64,000 nucleotides of DNA from Actinomycetota bacterium (GCA_041180285.1 JBEGRV010000002.1:2813-66812), one strand, 5' to 3'. Counted from the first letter of the stretch, positions 36,211-46,902 are shown. Translations and numbers: made by a program. The notes: a model not told the origin generated them from the letters alone.

Positions 36211-37478
36211 TCCTGCGGCACAATCGCCACAGAACCGGTAGGCGGGAACGAATTCGCAACGGCTTCGCTACGCTTGGCGCGCTTTGCCACAATTCCGGCG
36301 ATCCATCCGGCAATAAACATCAAAATTGTCGGGAACATGAATGCCGCCACTAGGTCAACGCCCTCGGCAATTGCGCCCATGATGTACTTGGCCAACATGA
36401 AGCTGAATGAATTGATAACCATCATGCGTGCGACCGCCTGAGACGTGGTTAGCCCTTTGATGTAGCCTGCTGCCGTCATAAAAGATGGCACCATCGACGC
36501 CAGCCCAAGACCTGCGACAAACCAAAGCACTGAAACCACTACGAGTGCAAGAATTTTGTCGAGACCGGCTATCCAGGGGCCACTGAGAGCTCCTAGGCCA
36601 AACAAAGCACTGCCGAAGAGGCCCCCATATTTCGAAAGTTCAGAAATATGAAACGCCTTGGTAAGCCTAGAAATTGATAATCGCCCGATAATCATCGCGG
36701 TCACAAAAGCGATATACGGTACAGCCCCAAGCGAAGCGTTTAGACCCAAAACCTCGCGAGCATAAAGTGCGCTCCAGTCCATCATTACGCCCTCAGGAAA
36801 TACACCGGCAAATAACCCGACGGTGACCAACCAAAGCTGACCGGGTGATTTCCAGAACAGCATTTTCTTGCCGGATTTTTTACTCGAAGGAACCGGCTCG
36901 TCTTCGCTTGGCAAGAGTAGGTGTCGCCCGTAGTAGATGAAAATTCCAATGGCCAGCCCCTGGACGATAAGCATGTGTAACCAAAAAGGCATAAAGCTAA
37001 CCAGCAGTCCGCTAACCAAAGCCGATACTGCAGCGCCAATGCTCCAGAGGGCGTGAAACTTTCCGATGATGGTCTTTCCGACCACGGCTTTTTGCAAGGC
37101 CACCGACTGCGACTGCATTGAAATGTTGTAAACGCTCATCGAAAAGCCCGAGGCAACGTTTAACAGAAAAAACAGCAGAGGTGACGAGGTGAGCGGATAG
37201 CAGGCAAAGAACAGCGCGGCTGCGGTACCACCCCAGAGCGCCATTTTTCGGGTTCCAAATCGTGCCACAATTTTGCTGGCCATGGTCATACCAACCAGCG
37301 ACCCCAATCCGGCAAAACCAATAATTAGCCCCCAGGTGACAAAACTGACATTGATCTGGTCGATCATTTCAGGGACGCGAGGAATGATTGTGGTTGAGAT
37401 AAATCCCTGGGTAAAAAACAGAACCAAAAGAGCTACGTGAACTTTTCTGATTCGTTCTGCGCCAACGGTAGGTGTCAA
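36207..37478 (-). CDS. MFS transporter (sugar-associated)
   Basis: About 12 TM, FHALWSIG, PEG..MDWS; coupled to the GH36 gene. Confidence 0.85.
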   Translation of the reverse strand: MTPTVGAERIRKVHVALLVLFFTQGFISTTIIPRVPEMIDQINVSFVTWGLIIGFAGLGSLVGMTMASKIVARFGTRKMALWGGTAAALFFACYPLTSSPLLFFLLNVASGFSMSVYNISMQSQSVALQKAVVGKTIIGKFHALWSIGAAVSALVSGLLVSFMPFWLHMLIVQGLAIGIFIYYGRHLLLPSEDEPVPSSKKSGKKMLFWKSPGQLWLVTVGLFAGVFPEGVMMDWSALYAREVLGLNASLGAVPYIAFVTAMIIGRLSISRLTKAFHISELSKYGGLFGSALFGLGALSGPWIAGLDKILALVVVSVLWFVAGLGLASMVPSFMTAAGYIKGLTTSQAVARMMVINSFSFMLAKYIMGAIAEGVDLVAAFMFPTILMFIAGWIAGIVAKRAKRSEAVANSFPPTGSVAIVPQD

Positions 37479-39580
37479 ACCCTTACCGCCTCAATGAGCA
37501 TAGATTGCTCAGGTCTCAGCACTGGCGAGCGTAGACCAAGACTGCCAAGTGCGCGTCCCGAAACTCTAACACCAGATAACCAATGTGGTGGCTTCAACTG
37601 CATCACCGCGGCTGCTCCGGCTGGTTCAATCATGCGCACTAGGTAGGTGGAATATGGGTCTAGGTCGGTAAGCCTGATGTTGAATGGTCTGCTGTAATCA
37701 CTGGTTTTTAGTTGAACCGCAGAGAACAACCCCCGACTACGGTCGTGGCTAACAACTCCGTGAACCAAGGCAGTTTCGTCTGACTGGTCGACGCGAACTG
37801 TCTTGCCCGAGTGCAAGAAATTGCGTTCCTGTTTATAGAAATCGACCCAGCTCTTCAAGAAAACAAGCTCTTCTTCACTTGCTTCGGTCAAATCCCATTC
37901 GAGACCGGCGTGCCCCCAGAGTGCTGTGATTGAGCGGAATGTGTCAGTGTGCGTGCGACCTGACGAATGTGCTTTGCGCGGACCAATGTGGGTACCCAGC
38001 AATTCTGGCGGAATCACAATTGAGGTGTTGCGAAAAATCATCTGACGCTCAAGAGCGTCGTTGTTATCGGATGTCCAGAAGCGATCGACGTGGTCAATCA
38101 TGCCGAGGTCAATTCGGCCGCCACCTGAGGCACAGCTTTCGATTTCTAAGCCAGGATGCGCGGCCTTGAGCGCATCAAACAGTCGGTAAATTGCCTGTAC
38201 CTGTCGACGCACAGCGGCCTGGCCGAAGTGTGATGCCTCGGTCAGAACGCGGTTGTGATCCCACTTGATATATGCAATTTCATACTCGTTCAAGATGGCA
38301 TCGACCTGCCCAAAGACGTGATCGAATGCGCCAGGGTGGGCAAGATCAAGCACCTGTTGGTTTCTAAAGGTAGGTGGGGTGCGCTCAGCGGAGTGCAAGA
38401 TCCAGTCGGGATGGGCTCTGTAAAGGCCACTGTTGGCGTTGACCATTTCGCCCTCAAACCATAGACCAAACTCGAGGCCCAAGGAACGAACCTTGTCAAT
38501 AATCGGGTGCAGGCCTTCAGGCCAAACATCTTTGGCGACAACCCAGTCGCCCAAACCGGCGTGGTCATCGCGGCGGGCCCCAAACCAGCCATCATCTAAT
38601 ACAAAACGCTCGACACCAATTTTGGCGGCTGTTTCAGCTAAGGCAGAGAGTTTCTCAAAATGGTGGTCGAAATAAACGGCTTCCCAAACATTCAGGGTGA
38701 CTGGTCGAGGACGCACATTTGTAGGATGCGTGCTGCGTGCGCGCAACATGTTGTGCAGCCGCTCGCTGACACCGTTCAGGCCATTGGCCGAATAAACGGC
38801 AACCACCTCTGGCGAATGGTGAGATTCACCCTGCTGCAGCACAACTTCACCGGGCAGCAATAGCTCTCCCGCTCCGATGCTGGTTCTGCCGATTGGGGTG
38901 CGCTCAACAATGTGTCGATTGTTGCCAGACCAAGCCAGGCTCATACCCCAGAGTTCGCCCTTTTCGTAGCTCGCACCCGCGGTTCCGGCTAATTGAATCA
39001 GGGTGTAATCGTGCCCAGTTCTGCCTTCTCTACCCTCGCGCACCCAGTTGCCGACGCGAATTGGCAGACGCTGTAGCTGGCGCTCTTTCATCCACCGGCC
39101 ATGAAAATCGATAATGTCAGCAACGTGATCAGGCAACGGCATGAAGCTAGTTAGAGCCTCAAGGTTAAATTCGGTCAGACCCAAATTGGTTACCGACTGC
39201 TTGATATGTAATACACCGTGCTCGTCTAACGTGAGACTTAGGTCTACTTCTAACTCAGCCGCTGCGTCGACCGAAACGAAAACCACCTGGTTTACGGCGG
39301 GCTCGACCGTTCGAGTTAGCTCAAACTTGTGGCTCCACTCTCTACCGAATCGGGAACCCCTCAGTGAAGGCTCACCTAAAAAGCCACGAGAATTTTCGCG
39401 CCAGCTGCCGATCAATTGTGGCTCGTCGAAATCGCAGTGCGGAGTTGTTTCAAGCTGGGTTTGCAGCAGGTCTGCAACTTCGCCGAGTTCTTCTCCCCAA
39501 TAGATGACGTTTGGAGTATTCGCCGTGGTGTCTATTACAACCGAAATGCCTGCCGACTTTAGGTGATAAATCTTTTCCAC
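37475..39580 (-). CDS. GH36 alpha-galactosidase
   Basis: NVWEAVYF, FVLDDGWF, GLWFEGEM, YIKWDHNR, CASGGGR, WTSDNND. Confidence 0.94.
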   Translation of the reverse strand: MEKIYHLKSAGISVVIDTTANTPNVIYWGEELGEVADLLQTQLETTPHCDFDEPQLIGSWRENSRGFLGEPSLRGSRFGREWSHKFELTRTVEPAVNQVVFVSVDAAAELEVDLSLTLDEHGVLHIKQSVTNLGLTEFNLEALTSFMPLPDHVADIIDFHGRWMKERQLQRLPIRVGNWVREGREGRTGHDYTLIQLAGTAGASYEKGELWGMSLAWSGNNRHIVERTPIGRTSIGAGELLLPGEVVLQQGESHHSPEVVAVYSANGLNGVSERLHNMLRARSTHPTNVRPRPVTLNVWEAVYFDHHFEKLSALAETAAKIGVERFVLDDGWFGARRDDHAGLGDWVVAKDVWPEGLHPIIDKVRSLGLEFGLWFEGEMVNANSGLYRAHPDWILHSAERTPPTFRNQQVLDLAHPGAFDHVFGQVDAILNEYEIAYIKWDHNRVLTEASHFGQAAVRRQVQAIYRLFDALKAAHPGLEIESCASGGGRIDLGMIDHVDRFWTSDNNDALERQMIFRNTSIVIPPELLGTHIGPRKAHSSGRTHTDTFRSITALWGHAGLEWDLTEASEEELVFLKSWVDFYKQERNFLHSGKTVRVDQSDETALVHGVVSHDRSRGLFSAVQLKTSDYSRPFNIRLTDLDPYSTYLVRMIEPAGAAAVMQLKPPHWLSGVRVSGRALGSLGLRSPVLRPEQSMLIEAVRV

Positions 39581-39606
39581 GAGAGCTCCTTCTCAGGGAG
39601 GAGAAT

Positions 39607-40956
39607 CTACTTTGCCGCAGCCATAAATTCTGAACGTTCGTACAACTTTATTCGCTCTCGACCCTGTGCTTCACCGAGGGAGCGTTCTTTCTCATCAATG
39701 CGAAGCCATGCTTTCCAGTCAATTACCTCTATGCCGCGCTGGCTCAACAGGTCTTCAACTGCAGACTCTTCAGGGTTGGCAGGGCTCCACCAAAGTGAGC
39801 GATCGCCGATGACGTGGCCGATCGTTTCTAGAGCATCACTTTTGGTGTGGCCAATTAGACCAACCGGACCGCGTTTAATCCAGCCGGTTGCGTAAACTCC
39901 GGGAATTTGATTTCCAGACTGGTCAAGAACGCGGCCACCGTCATTCGGAATAACTCCGGCTTTTGAGTCAAACGGAATCTGGTCGAGCTCGCTTCCGAAA
40001 TAACCAACTGCTCGGTACACGGCTTGAACCGGATACTCTCGGAATTCACCGGTCGGAACCGCGCCGCCATGGCCGTCTAGTTTGGTGCGTTCAATCTTCA
40101 AGCCGACAACTTTGCCGTTTTCGCCTAGCACTTCGACAGGTGCTGACATGAAGTGCAGGTGAAGTCGACGCTTTCCGCCGCTCTGTTTTTCTTCTCGCAA
40201 CTGCTCAAGAGTGTTAACCATTACGCGGGTCTGGTTATTTGAATCAATGGCTTCCTGGCTGCCTTCGTCATACTGGAAGTCTTCGTCGTAGACGATGGTG
40301 TCAACACCTTCAATGTGGCAAGCCTCACGTAATTCGAGCGGAGTGAACTTGACCTGAGCTGGGCCACGCCTTCCAAATACGTGAACGTCGGTCACCGGCG
40401 AAGCCTTTAGGCCCTCGTAAACGTGAGCCGGAATGTCGGTTGACAGCATGTCTTCTGGCAGTTTGGCGAGCACGCGGGCAACATCTAGAGCCACGTTTCC
40501 GTTACCAATTACCGCAATCTCCTTGGCGTTCAAAGGCCAGGTTGCGGGAAAGTCAGGGTGAGCGTCATACCAGTTCACGAAGTCTGCGGCACCGTATGAA
40601 CCGTCTAAGCCAATACCTGGAATGTTCAGGTTGGCATCGCGAATGGCACCGGTCGCAAAGATGACAGCGTTGTAGTGCTGCTTGAGGTCTTCTAGTGTGA
40701 TGTCTTTTCCGTATTCAACGTTTCCGAAGAATCGGATGTCGCCACGGTCGAGAACTTCATAGAGCGCGCGAATGATCCCTTTGATGCGCGGGTGATCGGG
40801 AGCCACGCCGTATCGAACCAAACCGTAAGGTGCTGGCAGCAGATCGAATAGGTCGATCGAGACGTCGAAATCACGCAACTCAGATTTGATCAGCAAATCA
40901 GCAGCGTAGATACCGGCCGGGCCAGCACCAATAATTGCAAGACGCAATTTAGACAT
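39607..40956 (-). CDS. Ferredoxin--NADP+ reductase (FprA/adrenodoxin reductase type)
   Basis: GAGPAG, PYGLVRYGVAPDH, GNGNVALD, GRRGP, GWIKRGPVG. Confidence 0.92.
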   Translation of the reverse strand: MSKLRLAIIGAGPAGIYAADLLIKSELRDFDVSIDLFDLLPAPYGLVRYGVAPDHPRIKGIIRALYEVLDRGDIRFFGNVEYGKDITLEDLKQHYNAVIFATGAIRDANLNIPGIGLDGSYGAADFVNWYDAHPDFPATWPLNAKEIAVIGNGNVALDVARVLAKLPEDMLSTDIPAHVYEGLKASPVTDVHVFGRRGPAQVKFTPLELREACHIEGVDTIVYDEDFQYDEGSQEAIDSNNQTRVMVNTLEQLREEKQSGGKRRLHLHFMSAPVEVLGENGKVVGLKIERTKLDGHGGAVPTGEFREYPVQAVYRAVGYFGSELDQIPFDSKAGVIPNDGGRVLDQSGNQIPGVYATGWIKRGPVGLIGHTKSDALETIGHVIGDRSLWWSPANPEESAVEDLLSQRGIEVIDWKAWLRIDEKERSLGEAQGRERIKLYERSEFMAAAK

Positions 40957-40967
40957 TAATTTGATCC

Positions 40968-41978
40968 TTAGTTGTTACGGTCAACTACCGCTTGTGCAAA
41001 TGTGGTTAGCGCAGCTTTAACTTTGCCATCGGGCAGGGGTGCGAGATCTTCGATGGCATCAGCGGCCCAACGCTGCGCCTCGGCAAGCGACTCTGAAAAG
41101 ACGGCGTGCGACCTTAGATCGCGCAAAACAGCCTCTAGAGCTGAATCTTCTTCGAGCCCGGCTTCAATCGCTGCCAGAATCTCTGCGGCCTTGGCATCTC
41201 CGGCATCAGCGGAACGCTGAAGCAAGAGGGTTGGCAAGGTTGGCACACCCGCGCGCAAATCTGTGCCAGGGGTCTTACCCGATGGCCCTTCTTCTGAAAT
41301 GTCAATTACATCGTCAATGAGCTGAAAGGCGACTCCGATTTTTTCACCGAAACTGCTCAGCGCCGGAATGAAGTTTTTATCGGCGTCAGAAAGCATTGCT
41401 CCAAGCTGCGCAGATGCTGCAATTAGCGAACCGGTCTTATCTGCAAGCACCGAGACATAGTGATCATAGGCATTCTCTGCAGAATTTGGACCAATGGTCT
41501 CGTGCAGCTGACCGAGGCAAAGGCGTTCAAATGTTTCTGATTGCAGTTTGAGCGAATCGTCGCCCAGCCCCAATCCGACTTTTGAAGCTCGCGCGAATAG
41601 CAGATCGCCGGTCAGGATTGCAACCGAATTTCCCCAAACTGTCTGAGCGGTAGGAACACCGCGTCTGGTTGGTGCTTCATCCATTACGTCATCGTGGTAG
41701 AGGGTTGCGAGGTGAGTTAGCTCGACCACCACTGCGGCCTTGATCACATTTTCGCTAATTCCGTTGCCGAGCAGCGAGGTCAGTAAAACCAGGGTCGGCC
41801 TAACCCGTTTGCCACCGGCATCGACCAGGTGGCGACTAGGCCCGTTGATGACGCTTTCTGCGTGTGAGGATGCAATTCGTAGCTGAGTTTCGACCTGCTC
41901 CAGCCCTGCCTCAAGGGTTTTCATCAGGTCGCGATCTGCAACCTTTCGAAGTTGCTTGGGCAAACTCACTGGGCTCAA
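40968..41978 (-). CDS. Polyprenyl diphosphate synthase
   Basis: GGKRVRP, YHDDVMD..RRG, GDLL, KT, FQLIDD, GK..GTD. Confidence 0.94.
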   Translation of the reverse strand: MSPVSLPKQLRKVADRDLMKTLEAGLEQVETQLRIASSHAESVINGPSRHLVDAGGKRVRPTLVLLTSLLGNGISENVIKAAVVVELTHLATLYHDDVMDEAPTRRGVPTAQTVWGNSVAILTGDLLFARASKVGLGLGDDSLKLQSETFERLCLGQLHETIGPNSAENAYDHYVSVLADKTGSLIAASAQLGAMLSDADKNFIPALSSFGEKIGVAFQLIDDVIDISEEGPSGKTPGTDLRAGVPTLPTLLLQRSADAGDAKAAEILAAIEAGLEEDSALEAVLRDLRSHAVFSESLAEAQRWAADAIEDLAPLPDGKVKAALTTFAQAVVDRNN

Positions 41979-42685
41979 TGCTTAGCCTTTCTTGCCGGCT
42001 TGTAACCGACATGAAGTGCAACGATGCCGAGGCTCAAATTCTTCCAAGAAACTTGCTCAAAACCTGCGACCTCAATTTTTTTGGCCAGGCTCGGCTGATC
42101 TGGCCAAGCCAAAATTGATTCGGCGAGGTAGTCGTAGGCCTCGGGGGTCTTGCTCGCCAGAGATGAGAATTTAGGCAAAAACTTACTTAGATAAAAGTTA
42201 TAGAGACCACGAATTAGTGGGTTTGTGACCTTCGAAAATTCGCAAATCACAACTCTTCCGCCGGGCTTTAGCACCCTAAACATCTGAGCCAAGGCTGCCT
42301 CAACATCGACCACGTTTCGCAACCCAAACGAAATGGTTACCGCGTCAAACTCTTCGGCGGCAAAAGGAAGTTTGGTGGCATCAGCGAAAACAAATTCGAG
42401 TTGTGGGTGTCGTTTTTTGCCAACCTCAAGCATGCCTTTTGAAAAATCGCTGGCCACGACCCTGATGTTGGGGCCGGTAAAAACTATGGATGAGCTGCCG
42501 GTACCGGCTGCTAAATCGAGGATGCTGTGGCCTGACTTTGGTGCAACCGCTCGTTTTACCGAGTGGCGCCAGATACGTGACTGGCCAAAGGAGAGTAAAT
42601 CGTTGGTCAGGTCGTAGGTTGGAGCAACGTCATCAAACATCGCTGCCACTTCGGCTGGCTTTTTTGCCAGATCTGCTTTACTCAC
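41975..42685 (-). CDS. menG: Demethylmenaquinone methyltransferase
   Basis: MFDDVA.TYD..ND.LS, LDLAAGTG, ISFGLRNV, AYDYLAESI. Confidence 0.93.
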   Translation of the reverse strand: MSKADLAKKPAEVAAMFDDVAPTYDLTNDLLSFGQSRIWRHSVKRAVAPKSGHSILDLAAGTGSSSIVFTGPNIRVVASDFSKGMLEVGKKRHPQLEFVFADATKLPFAAEEFDAVTISFGLRNVVDVEAALAQMFRVLKPGGRVVICEFSKVTNPLIRGLYNFYLSKFLPKFSSLASKTPEAYDYLAESILAWPDQPSLAKKIEVAGFEQVSWKNLSLGIVALHVGYKPARKAKH

Positions 42686-42694
42686 CCAATAAGT

Positions 42695-43372
42695 TTACCT
42701 GCGCCGCAGAGCCTTGGAAGATGCCATTGCACCAAGACCAATCGCTCCGGCACCCATGGCGGCCAGACCAACCAAGGCGGCATCCATAAATCTTTCGGCG
42801 GGGGTTTTGCTTTGAATTTTCACCTGAGTTAGGTCCATTTTTTGACCAGTTTGAATGTCTTGCGTGGTTTGCAAACTTGAACCAGCAACCGTGGCAACGG
42901 TGCCAGAGTTAGATACTGCAGAACTCAACTGTGGAGTAGTAACGCTCAAAGTTTCAGACTGTGAAACTGACTTTCCAGCAGAGGAAATTTGTGACGTTGA
43001 CTCAACAGCACTTTCGGTTTCCGCCTTGTATGCGTCGACTTCTTCATCGTCATCGTCATCGTCATCGTCATCATGACCAGGTTTAACCACCAGGGGTGGA
43101 ACAGACAAGTGGTCGCGTGATCCGTATTTTTTCTTTACCCGCTGGTCGAATTCCTCGTCATCATCTTTGTCGTCGTCTTCGAACTCGTAAGACTCAACTG
43201 ATTTGGAAGTTGGCTTCGGACGACTCGATTTGAATGGAGACGGCGACTCAACGCTTTGACTCGAATCTTTTTCGTCGTCGAAGTCGCTGGCGCTGGCAGG
43301 CGCTGAGGCAAAAAGGGCTGAAAATGCGAACAAGCCGGAAATAAGCAGCGCGCCTATCGACTTGGCTTTCAT
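42695..43372 (-). CDS. Hypothetical exported acidic low-complexity protein with C-terminal TM anchor
   Basis: Signal peptide ending APASA, Asp/Ser-rich body, C-terminal hydrophobic helix followed by RRR. Confidence 0.65.
   Translation of the reverse strand: MKAKSIGALLISGLFAFSALFASAPASASDFDDEKDSSQSVESPSPFKSSRPKPTSKSVESYEFEDDDKDDDEEFDQRVKKKYGSRDHLSVPPLVVKPGHDDDDDDDDDEEVDAYKAETESAVESTSQISSAGKSVSQSETLSVTTPQLSSAVSNSGTVATVAGSSLQTTQDIQTGQKMDLTQVKIQSKTPAERFMDAALVGLAAMGAGAIGLGAMASSKALRRR
43044..43073. repeat. Hexamer microsatellite (TCATCG)4 + TCATCA encoding poly-Asp
   Basis: Read directly from the sequence; gives 10 consecutive Asp on the minus strand. Confidence 0.8.
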
Positions 43373-43479
43373 GGGAACCACCTTTTTGGATTTCTAAATT
43401 CAGGTTAGCGACCGAACTAGGCTGTTCTCGACCCTAATTCTGCATTCACAGAGAACACTCAGTCACGAAACGGAGCAAC

Positions 43480-44715
43480 ATGGCCATTACCGCGGTCACA
43501 AAATTGCTCAACACAGCAGACTTTGAGTTACTCGAGCACCTTCCGCAAAATCCGATGGCTTATTTGCGAAACGGCGAAGGGCTGGTCGGCTTTGGTGAAT
43601 TGCAAACTTTGACGGCTAGAGGCGCCAACCGTATTCAGGAGTTAGCCGAAAGTTGGCGTGCGGCTGTTGCCCAAAGCAGCATCGATGATGAAGTGGTGTT
43701 GCCCGGAACCGGGCTAATTGCTTTCGGTGCGATCGCATTTTCAGATCAAAGTGCAGTTGCGAGCAAACTAATAATTCCGAAAGTGGTTCTCGGATCACGA
43801 GATGGCCGAGTTTGGATCACCACACTAACCGACTCCGCTGGCGAAGTCGACGGGGAAGACTACGCAGATTTCTGGACTCAACCAACCGCCGTTGGGCAGG
43901 CGCGTTCGATTAACCTCGCCGAGGGCGAAGTGAACGCTGAGCGATTTGAAGCGATCGTCAATCAGGCTTTGAAATCGATTGAGACAGGCGCGGTTGAAAA
44001 AGTTGTTTTGGCCAGAGATCTGCGCGGACAGGTGCCTGAAAATTTTGACGTTCGAGGTGCCCTGCGTCGACTAGCAAAACGTTTTCCAACCTGTTGGGTC
44101 TATTCGGTGGCCGGTAATTTTGGGGCGTCTCCAGAGTTGCTGGTGCGGGTGTCTCACGGGCAAGTCTCAGCCAGAGTGCTCGCCGGCACCGCCGGCCGAG
44201 GCACCGACCCGGGTGTAGATCAGGCGATTGCTGCCGCACTCGCTAATTCAGAAAAAAATCTTCGCGAGCATGCATTTGCCGTCGAATCACTGGTCAATGC
44301 CTTGGCTGAGGTTTGCGAACGAGTCGATGCGGATGAAAAACCGTTCAGTTTGCCACTGCCAAACCTGTGGCACCTCGCTACCGATGTTCACGCTGTGTTG
44401 AAACAAGACTCGTCAGTTCTTGACGTTGCTGCCCTGCTTCACCCAACCGCAGCGGTTGCGGGCACACCCCGTGCGGCTGCACAGGAAATAATTGAGCAGC
44501 TTGAGCATGTCGACCGTGGATACTATGCCGGGCCAGTCGGTTGGTTAGGTGCCGATGGAGACGGTGAATGGGCGATCGCGCTTCGGGGAGCTCAGCTCAA
44601 CAATGATGAACTAGTGGCTTTTGCCGGTTGTGGAATTGTCGCTGAATCTGACGCCGAGGCTGAATTTGCTGAAACTGAACTGAAGTTCTCGCCGATTCGA
44701 GGGGCTCTCGCCTAG
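43480..44715 (+). CDS. menF: Isochorismate synthase
   Basis: EKVVLARD, GASPELL, LAGT, KNLREH, HL, LHPTAAVAG.P, RGYYAG, FAGCGIV..S, ETELK. Confidence 0.92.
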   Translation: MAITAVTKLLNTADFELLEHLPQNPMAYLRNGEGLVGFGELQTLTARGANRIQELAESWRAAVAQSSIDDEVVLPGTGLIAFGAIAFSDQSAVASKLIIPKVVLGSRDGRVWITTLTDSAGEVDGEDYADFWTQPTAVGQARSINLAEGEVNAERFEAIVNQALKSIETGAVEKVVLARDLRGQVPENFDVRGALRRLAKRFPTCWVYSVAGNFGASPELLVRVSHGQVSARVLAGTAGRGTDPGVDQAIAAALANSEKNLREHAFAVESLVNALAEVCERVDADEKPFSLPLPNLWHLATDVHAVLKQDSSVLDVAALLHPTAAVAGTPRAAAQEIIEQLEHVDRGYYAGPVGWLGADGDGEWAIALRGAQLNNDELVAFAGCGIVAESDAEAEFAETELKFSPIRGALA

Positions 44716-46278
44716 CTACAGACGAACGTCAATAATTACAGGGCCAACCGCTTCCATTGCAGTTTGCAACTCCGCGACCTTTTCAACCCGTTGGTAGTTA
44801 ATTCTGTAGGCCTGTGCGAGATGCCAAAGGTCTACCTGCTGCGGGGTCTTGAATAGCAACTCGAAGTCTTTTTCATCTAGTTCTTTTGCCATTTCTAGGC
44901 TCTCAAAAATGGTGCCGCCGCCATCATTGCCCACGATTAACTGGAGATTGAGGTGAGGCTCTATTCCGGCCAGAGAAGACGCATCATGCAGAAAAGTTAG
45001 ATCTCCCAGCAAGACCCTGGTCACTCCCTGGTTAACCAAAGATAGGCCGATTCCAGTTGCAACCGTCCCGTCAATTCCGGCCAATCCACGGTTTGCAAAA
45101 ACCGCCACCGGTTTTGCCGGGGCATGAATTTCAGCTTCTCGAATCAATCTTGATGCGCCAAGCAAAATTCTGTCTTCCGCACCGGTAGCGTGCCATATCG
45201 CCTCAACCACCTGCCGACGACTAATGGCATCGCTTCGATTCAACAGGGATGAAAATTCGGCGTTAGCAATTCGCCAGTTTTCAAGCCATTCAAAATCGAC
45301 CTCATCGTCGACGAAAATCTCGTCGACTACGGCTACCGCCCTTCGGGACACATCGAAAAAACCCATTGTTCGTGACTCGACCACTACAACCTCGACGGCC
45401 TCTGAAAACAAAAGTTTGATAACCGAGCGCGAGAGAGTTGGTTTGCCAAAAACAATCACGCGGCCAATCTGACCTACAAGCTCGTGACCGCGGTCAAGCA
45501 AAACTCGGTAGCGTTCGATCACATTTGCACCCATACGTGCGCCAGATGATGGCTCGGCAAATAGTGGCCAGCCAAAACTCTCGGCCAACTCAACCGCCGC
45601 GTCGCCCGCCTGCGCCCCAGCCAAGACAACGGTCGGAACCGTTGCGTCAAGCTGAATAAATCGAGGTGCGTGATTAGACCTCGGCAGTAAAGAAACCGAC
45701 GGTGCCAAGTCTGCGGCGTTAGGTTCACTTGCCGATAGCGGCTCTTTGAATGCCAGGTTCAACTGAACCGGACCGGGTTGCCCACCGAAACCTAGAGCGA
45801 GAGCGGTTGCCTCCGCAGCCAATTCAGCAGCTACCTGTGCCTCGCCCGGTTCGCCCTTCGGAGCTGCTACATCGAAACATTTGCGAACGGCATCGGCAAA
45901 AATACCAACCTGATTTGTAGTTTGGTTGGCCCCTACTCCGCGAAGCTCATGCGGACGATCTGCGGTAAGCAAAATCAACGGCACCCCAGAGTGATGTGCT
46001 TCGAGAACTGCAGGATGCAAATTAGCAACTGCGGTTCCCGATGTGGTGATGATTACCGCTGGCTCACCCGAACCAAGAGCGGCGCCGAGTGCTTGAAATG
46101 CCATCGATCGCTCATCGAGTCGCACGTGCAGCTTTGCTTTACCGGCTTTAGCCAGCTGACCCGCAGCTATCGCCAGAGCCTGAGAGCGGGCTCCCGGGCT
46201 CAGAAAAAATTCAGTGACACCCAGTTTGACCAGTGACGCAACCAGGTTTGCTGCAAAATTTTGAGCTGGAGAATTCAA
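44716..46278 (-). CDS. menD: SEPHCHC synthase
   Basis: SPGARS, DERS, TTSGTAVAN, TADRP, GANQTT, NRG.AGIDG, GDL.FLHD, NDGGG.IF. Confidence 0.95.
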   Translation of the reverse strand: MNSPAQNFAANLVASLVKLGVTEFFLSPGARSQALAIAAGQLAKAGKAKLHVRLDERSMAFQALGAALGSGEPAVIITTSGTAVANLHPAVLEAHHSGVPLILLTADRPHELRGVGANQTTNQVGIFADAVRKCFDVAAPKGEPGEAQVAAELAAEATALALGFGGQPGPVQLNLAFKEPLSASEPNAADLAPSVSLLPRSNHAPRFIQLDATVPTVVLAGAQAGDAAVELAESFGWPLFAEPSSGARMGANVIERYRVLLDRGHELVGQIGRVIVFGKPTLSRSVIKLLFSEAVEVVVVESRTMGFFDVSRRAVAVVDEIFVDDEVDFEWLENWRIANAEFSSLLNRSDAISRRQVVEAIWHATGAEDRILLGASRLIREAEIHAPAKPVAVFANRGLAGIDGTVATGIGLSLVNQGVTRVLLGDLTFLHDASSLAGIEPHLNLQLIVGNDGGGTIFESLEMAKELDEKDFELLFKTPQQVDLWHLAQAYRINYQRVEKVAELQTAMEAVGPVIIDVRL

Positions 46279-46610
46279 GACTTGGGTGCCTCTTCGCCGC
46301 TGTCATCCTGCTCATCCTGCTTTTTCTTTTTGTTCTCGTCTTCGTTCAGGCGTTGAGATAAATCTCTCAAAAATTGAGGATCATCGTCGGGTGCGACGGT
46401 GCGAGTTTTAGTTACTGAACTGCCGCCGCGATTCGGTCTACCAAGAATCAGATAGAGAACTCCGCCAGCCACAGGCACGAAAAGGCAAAAAACTATCCAG
46501 AGCCATTTGGGAAGGTTTCGCACCTCAGTTTTATTGGCGCTAGCAGCGAAGACGGTGACAAAAACCGTAAAAATCACAACCGCAGCGATCGAAAAGACAA
46601 CCCATCTCAT
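46275..46610 (-). CDS. PLD-nuclease N-terminal domain (PLDc_N) membrane protein
   Basis: LPKWLW..PVAGGVLYL..GR, APDDDPQFL; usual neighbour of menD. Confidence 0.8.
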   Translation of the reverse strand: MRWVVFSIAAVVIFTVFVTVFAASANKTEVRNLPKWLWIVFCLFVPVAGGVLYLILGRPNRGGSSVTKTRTVAPDDDPQFLRDLSQRLNEDENKKKKQDEQDDSGEEAPKS

Positions 46611-46649
46611 GGTGATAACTCTAACCAGAAGAAAACTTAGACTTATTCC

Positions 46650-46886
46650 ATGAAGAATCCTTGGTTGCTTTACATCTCAATTCGCGTCGGCTTATTTGTC
46701 GGAATTTTGGTTTTGCTGCTAGCCCTTGGGTTTGACGAGATCTTCTCAGCTCTAATTGCTGCCGTAGTTTCGCTGGCAATTTCGCTGCTGTTTTTCAATA
46801 AGCAGAGAGACGCACTTTCTGAAGCGATTTACAACTGGAGCAAAAAGAAATCGAGCGACGACACCAAGGCAGAAGACGGCGAATAG
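46650..46886 (+). CDS. DUF4229-like small membrane protein
   Basis: Y...R.GLF, two TM helices, acidic tail; usual neighbour of menA. Confidence 0.7.
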   Translation: MKNPWLLYISIRVGLFVGILVLLLALGFDEIFSALIAAVVSLAISLLFFNKQRDALSEAIYNWSKKKSSDDTKAEDGE

Positions 46887-46902
46887 CCGAATTGCCACTC
46901 GG

